A program made the translations under genes and the position numbers. Positions 39,928 to 49,711 of a stretch of DNA of 64,000 nt are shown piece by piece. The stretch's first letter is position 1. Each line of letters begins with the position of its first letter. The stretch is taken from the NCBI GenBank assembly GCA_038245905.1, contig JBBRRY010000009.1, positions 26,729 through 90,728 of the forward strand, written 5' to 3'. The notes under the pieces are model-generated. The model was not told the origin of the DNA. It saw only the letters and a list, made by a program, of their open reading frames with translations, and did no database searches. This DNA comes from Thermoanaerobaculia bacterium. GTDB taxonomy: Bacteria; Acidobacteriota; Thermoanaerobaculia; UBA5066.

Positions 39928-40812
39928 ATGGGCTCCGTACGCATGTTCCGCGACCGCGTCGTCTCGATGGAGCAGACGCAGGAAATCGGCGAGAAACATA
40001 TCGACCTCCTGAGCGCCCTGGTTACCGAGGCCCTGCCGGGCTTCGCCGTCGCCTCTCACGGCCTCGAGCACGAGCGCGACCATTACTGGCTCTCTCTTTC
40101 CAATGCCGAAATCGGCGCGACGTGCCGGGTCGCCTTCACGCGGATGTTTCTCTCGGATGCGAGCCGCCTTCCCGCCGTCGTCGCCGACGCGAAGGCCGAA
40201 GTGCGGGAGCAGATCGTCGCATGCATCCGCGGCCAGGCGGGGCGCGCCGAGATTCTCGTCACGGTTGCGCACCTCCTGACCGAGGAGGAGCGCGCGGAGA
40301 GCGAAGAAATCGAATCCGAATGGCGGAAGAAGCACGAGGCCGCCCTCGCGGCCAAGCGCGTCGAGGACGAGCGCCGGGCACGCGAGCGGCAGCGCCAGAA
40401 GCAACAGGAAGAAGCGCGCCGCCAGGCCCAGCGCGAGCGGGAGCGCCGCGAGCGGGCGGCGGCCGGAAACCCACCGGGACAGCCCCCGCAAGGCGAGGCC
40501 GTTCGGGCGGGCCGTAGGCGCCGGCGCGGCCGCGGCGGAGCGGTGAGCAGCGTGGCGAACCAGACGGGAGGAAACGCGAGCGGGGGCCGGATGCAGCAGC
40601 CCCAGGCGGCACGTGCGGCGGGCACGCCGGCGGGGCCTCGCCCCCAGCAGAATCCACCGCGCCCCACGCAGCCCGCCGGCGGCCCGCCTTCCGAGGGCGC
40701 GCGCGTCGAGGGCGGGGGCGGGCGGCGCAGGAGGCGCAGGGGGCGCGGCCGCGGCAGCTCCGGCGGCGGAAAGACTCCTTCGGCCCCCTCAGGCGGATCG
40801 AGCCAGGCTTAG
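39928..40812 (+). CDS. Hypothetical protein with coiled coil and Arg-rich disordered tail
   Basis: Host-like codons; E/R/Q coiled coil; two RRRRRGRG tracts. Confidence 0.7.
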   Translation: MGSVRMFRDRVVSMEQTQEIGEKHIDLLSALVTEALPGFAVASHGLEHERDHYWLSLSNAEIGATCRVAFTRMFLSDASRLPAVVADAKAEVREQIVACIRGQAGRAEILVTVAHLLTEEERAESEEIESEWRKKHEAALAAKRVEDERRARERQRQKQQEEARRQAQRERERRERAAAGNPPGQPPQGEAVRAGRRRRRGRGGAVSSVANQTGGNASGGRMQQPQAARAAGTPAGPRPQQNPPRPTQPAGGPPSEGARVEGGGGRRRRRRGRGRGSSGGGKTPSAPSGGSSQA

Positions 40813-40828
40813 CCGCAAGAGCCGGGCG

Positions 40829-41785
40829 TCAGAGGACGTCGCCGCAGTGCGGGCAAAACACGAACCCTTCCGTGTTCTCGTGCCGGCAGGAGACGTCGAC
40901 CGCCTTTGGGAGCCGCGCGTTCACGGTCTCCTCGAAGGGGTGCAACCGGACGCGTACGCCGTGGGTGTCCGCGGCCAGGAGCTCGATGCGGCGCCACATG
41001 GGGCCTTCCGGTCCATTCGCTTCGATGACGAAACCCTCGGTGCGGCGGCAGCATTCCTGGAACCAGGCGGCGAGAGGACTGAGAAAAGCGGCCGAGAGCC
41101 GGCGGGTGATGGCAGGGTGATCGGCGTCGAACGTGCGGAGAAACGCGCCGTGCGTGTTCGTCCCGAGCTCGAATTCTGTCGCGCCGAAGCGCAGGGACTC
41201 GGCGAGGAGCGCGCGGCCGAGGCGGTCGATGGAATCGTCGAGAACCGCTCTCGGCGCCGCTGGGTCGCTCGCCGGAGCGCTCGGCACGAGCGAGACGGAG
41301 GCGACGCCAGAGGAGGAAGCGGTCACCGGGGGGACCGGCGCGGCTCCCGCCGCCCGACCCTCGAAGCTCTCGATCAGGTCTTCGAGAACCGGGTCCGGCG
41401 TCACGTGGAGGTCCACGTCGAAGCCCGTGGAGGCCGCGAGATTCTTCAGGAGCACGAGATTGCGCGGATCGCAGGTGGCGACCCTGAGGCGCTTACCCGA
41501 GAGGGCGAACGGGAACGCGCGAAAGCGTCTCCTCTCCTTCGCGGGAAGGCAGTCGACGATGTCGGGGTCCGAGCTCGCGAGCGTCGCGCGCGAAACCCCG
41601 GGGAGGCCGTAGGCTTGCGAGAGCGCTGCCGTGAGGACTTCCTCGGTCACGGCGCCTGTCGAAAGGAGGGCCCTCTCGATCGTGCCGCCGTATGTCTTCT
41701 GCCATGTCGAAGCGCGACTCAGCCGGCGGACCGTCAGGTCGCCGGCTTCCGCGAGGACGTCTCCGACTCCGAGAGGTACCGCCAT
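40829..41785 (-). CDS. GspE/PilB N-terminal (MshEN-like) protein without ATPase domain
   Basis: VGDVLAEAG...Q...GG...LLSTG...ALSQAYGLP; AFPF..LRVATCDP; C-terminal CxH..FCPHCG. Confidence 0.72.
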   Translation of the reverse strand: MAVPLGVGDVLAEAGDLTVRRLSRASTWQKTYGGTIERALLSTGAVTEEVLTAALSQAYGLPGVSRATLASSDPDIVDCLPAKERRRFRAFPFALSGKRLRVATCDPRNLVLLKNLAASTGFDVDLHVTPDPVLEDLIESFEGRAAGAAPVPPVTASSSGVASVSLVPSAPASDPAAPRAVLDDSIDRLGRALLAESLRFGATEFELGTNTHGAFLRTFDADHPAITRRLSAAFLSPLAAWFQECCRRTEGFVIEANGPEGPMWRRIELLAADTHGVRVRLHPFEETVNARLPKAVDVSCRHENTEGFVFCPHCGDVL

Positions 41786-41812
41786 CGTCTCTACGGCAAG
41801 TGTACCTTTCGG

Positions 41813-43588
41813 TCAGCGGCCCGGGAAATACTCGCGCCAGCGCTTGTCGACAAGGGCCACGGTGCCGGGATCCGCCTCCACGACCTTCGGCATCCACGGT
41901 TTGGTCCGGGCGTCGATCACGACGGGTGGCGTAAAGGCGACGTGATTCCGAACGAGGCTTCGGCGGCCGTGCACGTCCGCCGCGGGCTCGAATCGCGTGA
42001 AGACGTGCCACAGGAACGAACGGTCGTCCTTCGCGGCCGCCGCCGCATCGTCCGCGAGGACGACGAGAGGCCATTCCCCGATCGAAGGGTCGGTGCTGAG
42101 GCGCTCGGCGAAGGAGCGGTCGTCGGCGAAAGACGGTCCGTCGACGACGAGGACACCGGCGCAGAAGATCACCGCCGCGCGCGCCCCCGCGGGCAGCGCG
42201 CCGCGGAATTCCCGCGGCAGATCGCGGATCGCGTCCCCGAGGCCGAGGAGAACGCCCTTGCTGCCTTCGTTCACCTTCGGGCCCGTGTAGTCGAGTGTGT
42301 CCATCGCGAGGTTGCCGAAAAGGAAGAGGTCCGATTCGAACCGGCAGCGCGCGAGCACGTGCTCGAGGAGGCCGCGGAAGTCGCGCAGGTCGCGGCGAGT
42401 GTCGGTCACGAGGAGAAACTTCGTCAGCGCGAGCTGGCCTTCGCCGAGGATCCGGAAGGCCGAGCTCATCGCTTCGCGGCGATAGCGGTCTCTCACGACG
42501 GCGGCCGCGAGCGAGTGGAATCCTGTGTCCCCGTAGCTCCAGAGATCGACGACCGAGGGCATCACGAGAGGAAACAGCGGGGAGAGAAGCTCCTGGAGGA
42601 AGTCGCCGATGTAGAAATCCTCCTGCCGGGGCTTGCCGACGACCGTGGCCGGAAAGATCGCATCGCGCCGCCTGTAAGCGCGCGCCACGTCGAAGACCGG
42701 ATAATCGTGTTTCAGCGAGTAGTAGCCGTAGTGGTCGCCGAAGGGGCCCTCGGGCATCCGGGTTCCCGGAGCCACGGATCCGGTGAAGGCGAATTCCGCG
42801 TCCGCCACGAGCCGGTGCGCGTGGCCCGCCACCCTGGTCATCGGGAGCTTCTTCCCGAGGAGGAGCGACGCGACGAGCAGCTCGGAGAGCCCTTCGGGCA
42901 GCGGCGCGATCGCCGCGAGGATGAGGGCCGGCGGGCCTCCCAGGAAAATCGTGACGGGCAGCGCTTCGCCGCGCGCCTCGGCCTCGTGGTAGTGGAATCC
43001 GCCGCCCTTCCCGATTTGCCAGTGGATGCCCGTCGTCCTCGGGCCGTGGATCTGGATGCGGTACATCCCGAGATTCGACTGCCCGTCGTGACGGCGGCCT
43101 GCCGGGCCATCCGAAGGAAGTTCCGTGTAGACGAGGGGCAGCGTCAGGAAGGGCCCGCCGTCTTCCGGCCACTGCGTGAGCGCGGGAAGCCGTGTGAGGT
43201 CCGGCTGGTCCTCGACGACGTCGGTCACGGGCGCGCGGGTCGCGCGCGTCGTCCCGACGCGGAGGGCGCTTCCGATAAACGAGCGGAACGCCCAGAGCTT
43301 CTCTGGAGTTGGAGGCAGAAGCTCCGTGGCGGCGCGGGCCGCCGTCTCGACGAATTGCCGCGGCTTTCTTCCGAACGCGAGCTCGAGACGCTTCGCCGTG
43401 CCGAAGAGGTTCGTCACGACGGGAAAGTTCGCGCCCTTCGGACGCTTGAAGAGGAGGGCGGGCCCGCCCTCCTCGATCACGCGGCGGTGGATTTCGGGAA
43501 TCTCGAGGTACGGGTCCGCCTCGGCCTCGACGACGGCGAGGTCGTTCTCCCTCCGGAGGACGTCGAGGAAGGCGCGCAGGTCTTTCAG
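41813..43588 (-). CDS. ubiD: UbiD-family prFMN-dependent decarboxylase
   Basis: VVTNLFGT, DGGPFLTLP, NLGMYR, PEGPFGDHYGYY, GKPRQED, DTLDY. The start appears to be CTG overlapping the pip stop. Confidence 0.9.
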   Translation of the reverse strand: MKDLRAFLDVLRRENDLAVVEAEADPYLEIPEIHRRVIEEGGPALLFKRPKGANFPVVTNLFGTAKRLELAFGRKPRQFVETAARAATELLPPTPEKLWAFRSFIGSALRVGTTRATRAPVTDVVEDQPDLTRLPALTQWPEDGGPFLTLPLVYTELPSDGPAGRRHDGQSNLGMYRIQIHGPRTTGIHWQIGKGGGFHYHEAEARGEALPVTIFLGGPPALILAAIAPLPEGLSELLVASLLLGKKLPMTRVAGHAHRLVADAEFAFTGSVAPGTRMPEGPFGDHYGYYSLKHDYPVFDVARAYRRRDAIFPATVVGKPRQEDFYIGDFLQELLSPLFPLVMPSVVDLWSYGDTGFHSLAAAVVRDRYRREAMSSAFRILGEGQLALTKFLLVTDTRRDLRDFRGLLEHVLARCRFESDLFLFGNLAMDTLDYTGPKVNEGSKGVLLGLGDAIRDLPREFRGALPAGARAAVIFCAGVLVVDGPSFADDRSFAERLSTDPSIGEWPLVVLADDAAAAAKDDRSFLWHVFTRFEPAADVHGRRSLVRNHVAFTPPVVIDARTKPWMPKVVEADPGTVALVDKRWREYFPGR

Positions 43589-44550
43589 GCGAACTTGTCC
43601 GTCGCGGCGACGAGCGCGCGCGTGTTCGGCGGCTCCCAGGCGCTGTGGCCCGCGTCGGGCGAGACGACGAAGTCCGCCTCGGGCCACGTGCGGTGGAGCG
43701 CCCAGGCGCTGAAGATCGGACAGACGACGTCGTAGCGCCCCTGCACGATCACGCCCGGGATGTGCCGGATCTTTCCGGCGTCGCGGAGGAGCTGGCCGTC
43801 CGCCTCCAAGAAACCCTTGTTCGCGAAGTAGTGGGCCTCGATGCGCGCAAAAGCGAGCGCGAACTCGTCCTCTTCGTAGTGCCCCGCGAACGAGGCGTCC
43901 GGAAGGAGCTTCGACGTCGCGCCCTCCCAGCCGCTCCATGTCTTCGCGGCGGCGAGCCTCACGGCGTGGTCCGCGTGCGTGAGCCTCTTGTGGTACGCGG
44001 TGACGAGGTCGCCGCGCTCGGCCTCGGGAATGTGCGCGAGATACGGCTCCCACGCGTCCGGGAAGATGATCGACGCGCCTTCCTGGTAAAACCAGTCGAT
44101 CTCCTTTTTGCGCAGGAGAAAGATCCCGCGGAGGACGAGCTCCGTCACGCGGTCCGGGTGCTTCTCGGCGTATGCGAGCGCGAGGGTCGAGCCCCACGAG
44201 CCGCCGAAGACCTGCCAGCTCGCGATCCCGAGATGGGTGCGGAGCTTCTCGATGTCGGAGACGAGGTCCCACGTCGTGTTCGCCTCGAGACTCGCGTACG
44301 GTGTCGACTTGCCGCAGCCGCGCTGGTCGAAGGCGACGATGCGGTACTTCCCGGGGTGGAAGAAGCGGCGCACTTTCGGGTCCGAACCGCCGCCCGGGCC
44401 GCCATGGAGGAACACGGCGGGCTTGCCCTTCGGGTTTCCGCTCTCTTCCCAGTACAGCGTGTGGACGTCCGAGACCTCGAGCATTCCCGTGCGGTTCGGA
44501 TCGATCGGGGGGTAGAGCCAGTTGACGGGGTCCTTGACCGGATGTGACAT
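43585..44550 (-). CDS. pip: Proline iminopeptidase
   Basis: LHGGPGGG, DQRGCGKS, FGGSWGSTL, QGRYD, AGHS. Confidence 0.95.
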   Translation of the reverse strand: MSHPVKDPVNWLYPPIDPNRTGMLEVSDVHTLYWEESGNPKGKPAVFLHGGPGGGSDPKVRRFFHPGKYRIVAFDQRGCGKSTPYASLEANTTWDLVSDIEKLRTHLGIASWQVFGGSWGSTLALAYAEKHPDRVTELVLRGIFLLRKKEIDWFYQEGASIIFPDAWEPYLAHIPEAERGDLVTAYHKRLTHADHAVRLAAAKTWSGWEGATSKLLPDASFAGHYEEDEFALAFARIEAHYFANKGFLEADGQLLRDAGKIRHIPGVIVQGRYDVVCPIFSAWALHRTWPEADFVVSPDAGHSAWEPPNTRALVAATDKFA

Positions 44551-44597
44551 GAGAACCTCTTCCCTCATCCTGCCAGAGTCGGCGGCGGGCCGCTTCG

Positions 44598-44993
44598 TCA
44601 GTCCCGGGCGGAGGGTGCGGCGAGGTCCCCGAGGCGCGTCGTGCGCAGGCGTTCGAGGAACTCGCGGCGGACGGACGCGAGGAGGCGGGCCGCCTCGCCC
44701 GGCGGCTCTGGGAAGGCCGTCTCGAGGTCGCCCTTCTTCTCGAGGGCGAGGACGAGGTCCGCGAGCGTGATCTCCGAGGCCGGCCGGCCGAGGACGAAAC
44801 CGCCTCCCCGCCCGCGACGGCTCCTGAGGAGACCCCGGTCCACGAGGCGGCCGAGGACCTTCGAGAGAAACGGCGCCGGGACACCCGCAGCGGCAGCGAG
44901 CTCCTTCACGCCGCGGCCTTCGCCGGCCGGGCCGCGCCGGTCGAGGAGAGGCAGCGCCGCGAGGGCGACCTCCTGCGCGCGCGAAAAAAACAT
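44598..44993 (-). CDS. Rrf2-family transcriptional regulator (no Cys)
   Basis: ELAAAAGVPAPFLSKVL..L...GLLRSRRGRGGGF.L....EITLAD. Start ATG 44993. Confidence 0.85.
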   Translation of the reverse strand: MFFSRAQEVALAALPLLDRRGPAGEGRGVKELAAAAGVPAPFLSKVLGRLVDRGLLRSRRGRGGGFVLGRPASEITLADLVLALEKKGDLETAFPEPPGEAARLLASVRREFLERLRTTRLGDLAAPSARD

Positions 44994-45382
44994 CAGCGCT
45001 TCGCGAGGAACGCGAACTGAGCGGGCGTGAGGGGGACGACAGAAAGCCGGCCGATCCGGACGAGGGGGGAGTCGGAGAAGAGGGGACAAGACTTGATTTC
45101 TTTGAGTGAAAGAGGACGGGGGAGGGGTCTCCCCGCGCGAAGGACGACTCGCGGTTCCGCCGGGTTCTTCGGATCTTCTTCGAAGGCGGAGACGGCGGCC
45201 TCGCCGACCGCGGACTTCTCGTTGCCCGTGTGGTAGACGATCACGCGGTCGCCCTTCTTCATCGAGCGGAGATGTCTCAGCGCGACGGGGTTTTTCACGC
45301 CCGTCCAGACCGTCTCGTTCTCCTTTCGGAGATCTTCAAAAGAAAAATCCCCGGGTTCTGTCTTTACCAGCCAGTCCGCCAT
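44993..45382 (-). CDS. EVE-domain protein
   Basis: WLVKTEP, WTGVKN, GDRVIVYHT, RLSVVP. RBS GAGGAGG before ATG 45382. Confidence 0.9.
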   Translation of the reverse strand: MADWLVKTEPGDFSFEDLRKENETVWTGVKNPVALRHLRSMKKGDRVIVYHTGNEKSAVGEAAVSAFEEDPKNPAEPRVVLRAGRPLPRPLSLKEIKSCPLFSDSPLVRIGRLSVVPLTPAQFAFLAKR

Positions 45383-45392
45383 TCGAGCCTCC

Positions 45393-46571
45393 TCAACCCA
45401 CCTGCCGGAGTGCATTCGTGATCTTCGTGAACGCGGCCCGGCTCGCGGGGAAGAGGCCGCCGAAGAAGCCCATGACGAGCGAGAAGCCGATGCCGGTCAC
45501 GAGGAGCGCGGGCGTGAGCCGAAACGCGAAGACGACCTCCGAGAACGTCGCGAAGTTCGTCGTTCCCGTGACGCCTGATAAGGCGAGCTTCACGGCGAGC
45601 CATCCGAGAGCGCATCCGAGAATGCCTCCGAGGAGCGCGAGGCACAGGGACTCGAAGACGAACGACAGCATCACGGAGAGCCGGGAGAAGCCAAGGGCGC
45701 GGAGGGTCGCAATTTCGCGCGTCCGGGCGGCCACGGCCGCGTACATCGTGTTCATCGCACCGAAGCACGCCCCGATCGCCATGACGATTCCGACGAAGAA
45801 CCCCAGAAACTTGATCGGTGCGGCGGTCGAGGTCTGGTCGTCGTAGTACTTGCGCTCGACCTTGCCCTCGAGAGCGAGGCGCGCGTCGCCGGCGAGGCCC
45901 GCCTGGAACTGGTCGCGCGCCGCGCGGCCAGCGGTCCGCGCGAGAACGGACGAATAGCCGTTGCGCTTGAAGTCCGTGATCATCCCCTCGACGTCCGTCC
46001 AGATCTCGCTGTCGGGGGCGGTGCCGCCGGCGTCGAAGAGGCCCACGACGGTCCAGCGGTACGCGCCGAACTTGATCGTCTGGCCCATCGTGCAGTTCTT
46101 GAAGCGGCTCGAGACGCTGCGTGAGGCGACGACCTCGGACTGTCCGGGAGTGAACCAGCGGCCCTCGACGAGCGTGAGACCCGGCCGGAGCTTCATGCCC
46201 TTCTCGCCGATGCCGCGAATCGTCACGTTCGAGGATCCGCCCTCACGCTTCTCGAGGTTCAGGACGACCACGAGCTCGGCCGACGCCAGCGGCTTGCCGT
46301 CCGCATCGGGCGCAATCCCCGGGAGCGTGAGAATGAGCGGCATCTGGTCGCGCGAAATCCCGGACTGCAGCTCCGACTGCGAGTTCTGGCGGAGCACGAG
46401 GACATTGTTCTCCGAACCCGAGGCCGTGAAGACGCGCGTGAGGCCCTCGCCGAGCGCCATGACGCAGAGAAAGACCGCGACGACGAGACCGATGCCGAGC
46501 ACGGTGAGGCCCGTCGTGACTTTCCTCACGAAGAGATTCCGGATGTTGTACTTCAAGGGGATTCCGAGCAT
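45393..46571 (-). CDS. ABC transporter permease (MacB/FtsX family)
   Basis: NTMYAAVAARTREIATLRALGF, GGLFPA.RA. Confidence 0.9.
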   Translation of the reverse strand: MLGIPLKYNIRNLFVRKVTTGLTVLGIGLVVAVFLCVMALGEGLTRVFTASGSENNVLVLRQNSQSELQSGISRDQMPLILTLPGIAPDADGKPLASAELVVVLNLEKREGGSSNVTIRGIGEKGMKLRPGLTLVEGRWFTPGQSEVVASRSVSSRFKNCTMGQTIKFGAYRWTVVGLFDAGGTAPDSEIWTDVEGMITDFKRNGYSSVLARTAGRAARDQFQAGLAGDARLALEGKVERKYYDDQTSTAAPIKFLGFFVGIVMAIGACFGAMNTMYAAVAARTREIATLRALGFSRLSVMLSFVFESLCLALLGGILGCALGWLAVKLALSGVTGTTNFATFSEVVFAFRLTPALLVTGIGFSLVMGFFGGLFPASRAAFTKITNALRQVG

Positions 46572-46583
46572 CGGTGCTCCTTC

Positions 46584-47741
46584 TTACGCGACGAGCCTGA
46601 GACCGTCCGCGATCGGGCGTCGGACGGAGCGGATGGCGGGCACGAGCCCGGCGAGGATCCCGACGAGGACCGTGACGAGGAAAGCGGCGGCGAGGACGTC
46701 GGGGTAGATCCTGAGGGCGGACGCGAGGCCCGCGAGCGGCGAGTAGAGGACGACGGCGCGGAGCTTCGGAAAAAGAAGGAGATAGAGGGCGAGGCCGGCG
46801 ACGGCACCGAAGATCGCGAGGAGCATGCTCTCGCCGAGGAGGAGGCCGAAGATCGTCCGCCTCGGGAAGCCGATCGCGCGCAGGACGGCGAGCTCCGTCA
46901 CCCTCTCCCGCGTCGCCATCGCCATCGTGTTCGCCGCGATCAGGAGGACCACCGATGCGATGACCGCGGTGAGGCTCCGGAAGAAAAGCTTCACGTTTCC
47001 GAGGAGGGCGATGTAGTTGTTCTGGAACTCCTTCTCGGTCTCCCCGCGCGCCGGGGAGGAGGAGTTCTCGAAGAGCGCGTTGATGCGCGGAATGAGGTCG
47101 CGCGTCGCCGCCGCATCCACGGCCTTCACCCAGATCATCGTGTAGCGGCCCGCGCGGGCGGGCAAGGCTTCGTCGATGACCTTCTGGTCGAAGAAGACGG
47201 ATGCCTCGTTCTGGCCCCGGTAGACGGCGCGGATCGTGAACGTGTAGACGCCCGGCCAGATGTCCCCGACGAGCGTGATCTGCTGGCCGAGCCGCCAGCC
47301 GTACTTCTTCATGAGGAGGTCCCCCACGAGAAGTCCGCTTCGGTCGCCCTTCCAGGCCGCGATCGAGCCGTCGACGACTCCGGAGGCGTCGAAGACGTCG
47401 AAGAAGACCTCCGGGTCGACCGCGAAGCGCTGGAAGATGTTGAAGGACGAGAAGTCCACGTACCGGCCGCCGAACCAGTTGAAGGGCGTCACGGCCTTCA
47501 CGCCGGGCAGCTCGCGGATCTTCAGGAGGTGCGAAGCGGGCAGGACGTTCGCGATCGAGACCTTGTGCCGCACGGCGAGGCGGTACATCCCGCGGCCCTG
47601 AGAGGGGTCCGCGTCGAGCATCGCGACGAACGTCCCGAGGAGACAGATCACGAAAAAGGGGAGCAGGATCGAGCCCACCGTCAGACCCGAGCGCGTCTTC
47701 TTGCGCAGGAGGTTCTTGAGGACGAGGGGCAGGAAGCGCAT
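46584..47741 (-). CDS. ABC transporter permease (MacB/FtsX family)
   Basis: KNLLRKKTRS, WFGG, NTMAMATRERVTELAVLRAIGF. Start ATG 47741 overlaps the upstream stop. Confidence 0.9.
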   Translation of the reverse strand: MRFLPLVLKNLLRKKTRSGLTVGSILLPFFVICLLGTFVAMLDADPSQGRGMYRLAVRHKVSIANVLPASHLLKIRELPGVKAVTPFNWFGGRYVDFSSFNIFQRFAVDPEVFFDVFDASGVVDGSIAAWKGDRSGLLVGDLLMKKYGWRLGQQITLVGDIWPGVYTFTIRAVYRGQNEASVFFDQKVIDEALPARAGRYTMIWVKAVDAAATRDLIPRINALFENSSSPARGETEKEFQNNYIALLGNVKLFFRSLTAVIASVVLLIAANTMAMATRERVTELAVLRAIGFPRRTIFGLLLGESMLLAIFGAVAGLALYLLLFPKLRAVVLYSPLAGLASALRIYPDVLAAAFLVTVLVGILAGLVPAIRSVRRPIADGLRLVA

Positions 47742-48901
47742 CAGCCGACCTGCCTCAGTCCGTCCGTGATCGAGCGCTGCGCGGAACGGATCGCCGGGAC
47801 GAGGCCCGCGAGGATTCCCACGAGGACCGAGATTCCGAACGCGAGCCCGACGATCTCCGGGAAGAGGCGCATCCCTGCCGCAAATCCGCCCATCGGCGAA
47901 TAGAGCAGACCCTGGCGGAATCCGGGAAAGAGGCCGACGAAGAGGAGCGCTCCGAGTGTCCCGCCGACCAGAGCGAGAAGGACACTCTCGCCGAGCATCA
48001 GCGCGAGAATCGTTCCTTTCGGGTAGCCGAGCGTCCGGAGCACGGCGATCTCCGTGACGCGCTCGCGCGCCGTCATCGCCATCGTGTTTCCCGCGATGAG
48101 GAGGATGACGAAGACGATGACGACTGAGATCCCCGTGATCATGAGCTTCACGTTCCCGAGCATCGAGACGAAGCCGTTCTGCATCTCCTTCTCCGTCTCC
48201 GTGTGCGTCGGGACGGAGCTGTTGTCGAACATCGCGTCGACTTCTTTCGGCAGGCGCTCGACGGCGGCGAGGGAGCCGGCCTTGACCCAGTACCAGCCCA
48301 CGAAGCCCTTGACCCGGGGGAGCGCCTCTTCGATGTACTGGTGGTGGAAGTAGACGCCCGTCTCGTCCGGCCCTTTGTACGAGGCGCGGATCGTGAGCTC
48401 GAGGTTGACGGGGTAGATGTCGCCCTTGAGGGTGATCTTCTGGCCGAGCTTCCATCCGTACTTCTTCATGAGGAGCTCGCCCGCGAGGAGCCCCGTGCGG
48501 TCGGCGATCCAGTCCTCCGCCGAGCCCTGGACGATCGAGGCCTCGTCGAACACCTTCAGGAGCGTCTCGGGGTCCGACGTCGAGAAGCGCGCGAACATGT
48601 TCTCGGGCTTCTGGTCGACGTACGCCCCCCCGAACCAGTTCATCCGCACCACGTCCGTCACGCCGGGCAGCTGCGCGATCTTCGGCATGTAGGACTCGAG
48701 GACCCAGTTCGTGAGCGAGACCTTGTGCCGGACGATGAGCCGGAACATCCCCTTGCCGCCCGTCGGGTCACTTTCGAGAGTCCTGAGAAGCGTCCCCATG
48801 ATGCAGATCACGAGGAGGGGAAGGACGATCGAACCCACGGTGAGCAGCGAACGCGTTTTCTTCCGGAAAAGGTTTTTGAAGACGAACGGGAAGAACTTCA
48901 T
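47741..48901 (-). CDS. ABC transporter permease (MacB/FtsX family)
   Basis: KNLFRKKTRS, WFGG, NTMAMTARERVTEIAVLRTLGY. Confidence 0.9.
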   Translation of the reverse strand: MKFFPFVFKNLFRKKTRSLLTVGSIVLPLLVICIMGTLLRTLESDPTGGKGMFRLIVRHKVSLTNWVLESYMPKIAQLPGVTDVVRMNWFGGAYVDQKPENMFARFSTSDPETLLKVFDEASIVQGSAEDWIADRTGLLAGELLMKKYGWKLGQKITLKGDIYPVNLELTIRASYKGPDETGVYFHHQYIEEALPRVKGFVGWYWVKAGSLAAVERLPKEVDAMFDNSSVPTHTETEKEMQNGFVSMLGNVKLMITGISVVIVFVILLIAGNTMAMTARERVTEIAVLRTLGYPKGTILALMLGESVLLALVGGTLGALLFVGLFPGFRQGLLYSPMGGFAAGMRLFPEIVGLAFGISVLVGILAGLVPAIRSAQRSITDGLRQVG

Positions 48902-48920
48902 CTGCCTGGCCTCCGGCGTC

Positions 48921-49694
48921 TCAGGTGGACGAGGCCGAAATCGCCGCCGCCATTCCCACGGCCTTCCCGCGCTCGGCGTGAACGTCTTCTTTCAGGACGC
49001 CTTTGTCGAGGTGCACGAGGCGGTGGGCGCGCGACGCGGCCTTCGGGTCGTGCGTGACCATGACGATCGTCTTCTTGAATTCGGAGTTGAGGCGCTCCAT
49101 GAGAATGAGGATCTCCTCCCCGTTCCGGGAGTCGAGGTCGCCCGTCGGCTCGTCCGCCACGAGGAGCTTCGGATCGGTCGCGATCGCGCGCGCGATCGCG
49201 ACGCGCTGCTCCTGCCCGCCCGAGAGCTGTCGCGGATAGTGGTCCATGCGGTCCGCAAGACCCACGACCGAGAGCGCGAGCTCGGCCTGCCTTCGGCGGC
49301 GGGCCCGGTTCAGGTTCGTGAGGAGGAGCGGCAGCTCCACGTTCTCGAACGCCGTGAGAACCGGCACGAGATTGTAGAGCTGGAAGATGAATCCGACGTT
49401 CGCGCTCCGCCATTTCGCGAGCGCGGCTTCGCTCATCGAGGAGACCTGCTGGTCCCCGACGAGGATCGTGCCCGACGTGGGGCGGTCAATCCCCGCGATC
49501 AGGTTGAGGAGCGTGGTCTTGCCCGAGCCCGAGGGGCCCATGAGCGCCACGAAATCGCCCTCGTCCACCGTGAGCGACAAATTGTCGAGCACGGTGAGAA
49601 CCTGCGTGTCGCGCGTGTACTGCTTCACGAGCGCGTCGATGCGAATGAGAGTCGTTCCGGTTGTTGCGGTTGTGCCAGACGAAACGGAGCTCAT
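48921..49694 (-). CDS. ABC transporter ATP-binding protein (LolD/MacB-like)
   Basis: [23 protein letters not shown]. Start ATG 49694. Confidence 0.94.
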   Translation of the reverse strand: MSSVSSGTTATTGTTLIRIDALVKQYTRDTQVLTVLDNLSLTVDEGDFVALMGPSGSGKTTLLNLIAGIDRPTSGTILVGDQQVSSMSEAALAKWRSANVGFIFQLYNLVPVLTAFENVELPLLLTNLNRARRRRQAELALSVVGLADRMDHYPRQLSGGQEQRVAIARAIATDPKLLVADEPTGDLDSRNGEEILILMERLNSEFKKTIVMVTHDPKAASRAHRLVHLDKGVLKEDVHAERGKAVGMAAAISASST

Positions 49695-49711
49695 GATTCT
49701 CCTTCCCGGGA

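Noticed and set aside
40613-43735. 1040-aa plus-strand ORF, and similar long antisense ORFs (1389-2972, 12340-14325, 31840-34341, 53050-55335)
   Set aside because: They are shadows of real genes on the opposite strand or frame. High GC3 suppresses stops, and they show no recognisable motifs.
41813-44884. Apparent 1023-aa UbiD
   Set aside because: The N-terminal part overlaps pip and rrf2 out of frame. UbiD similarity begins at 43588.
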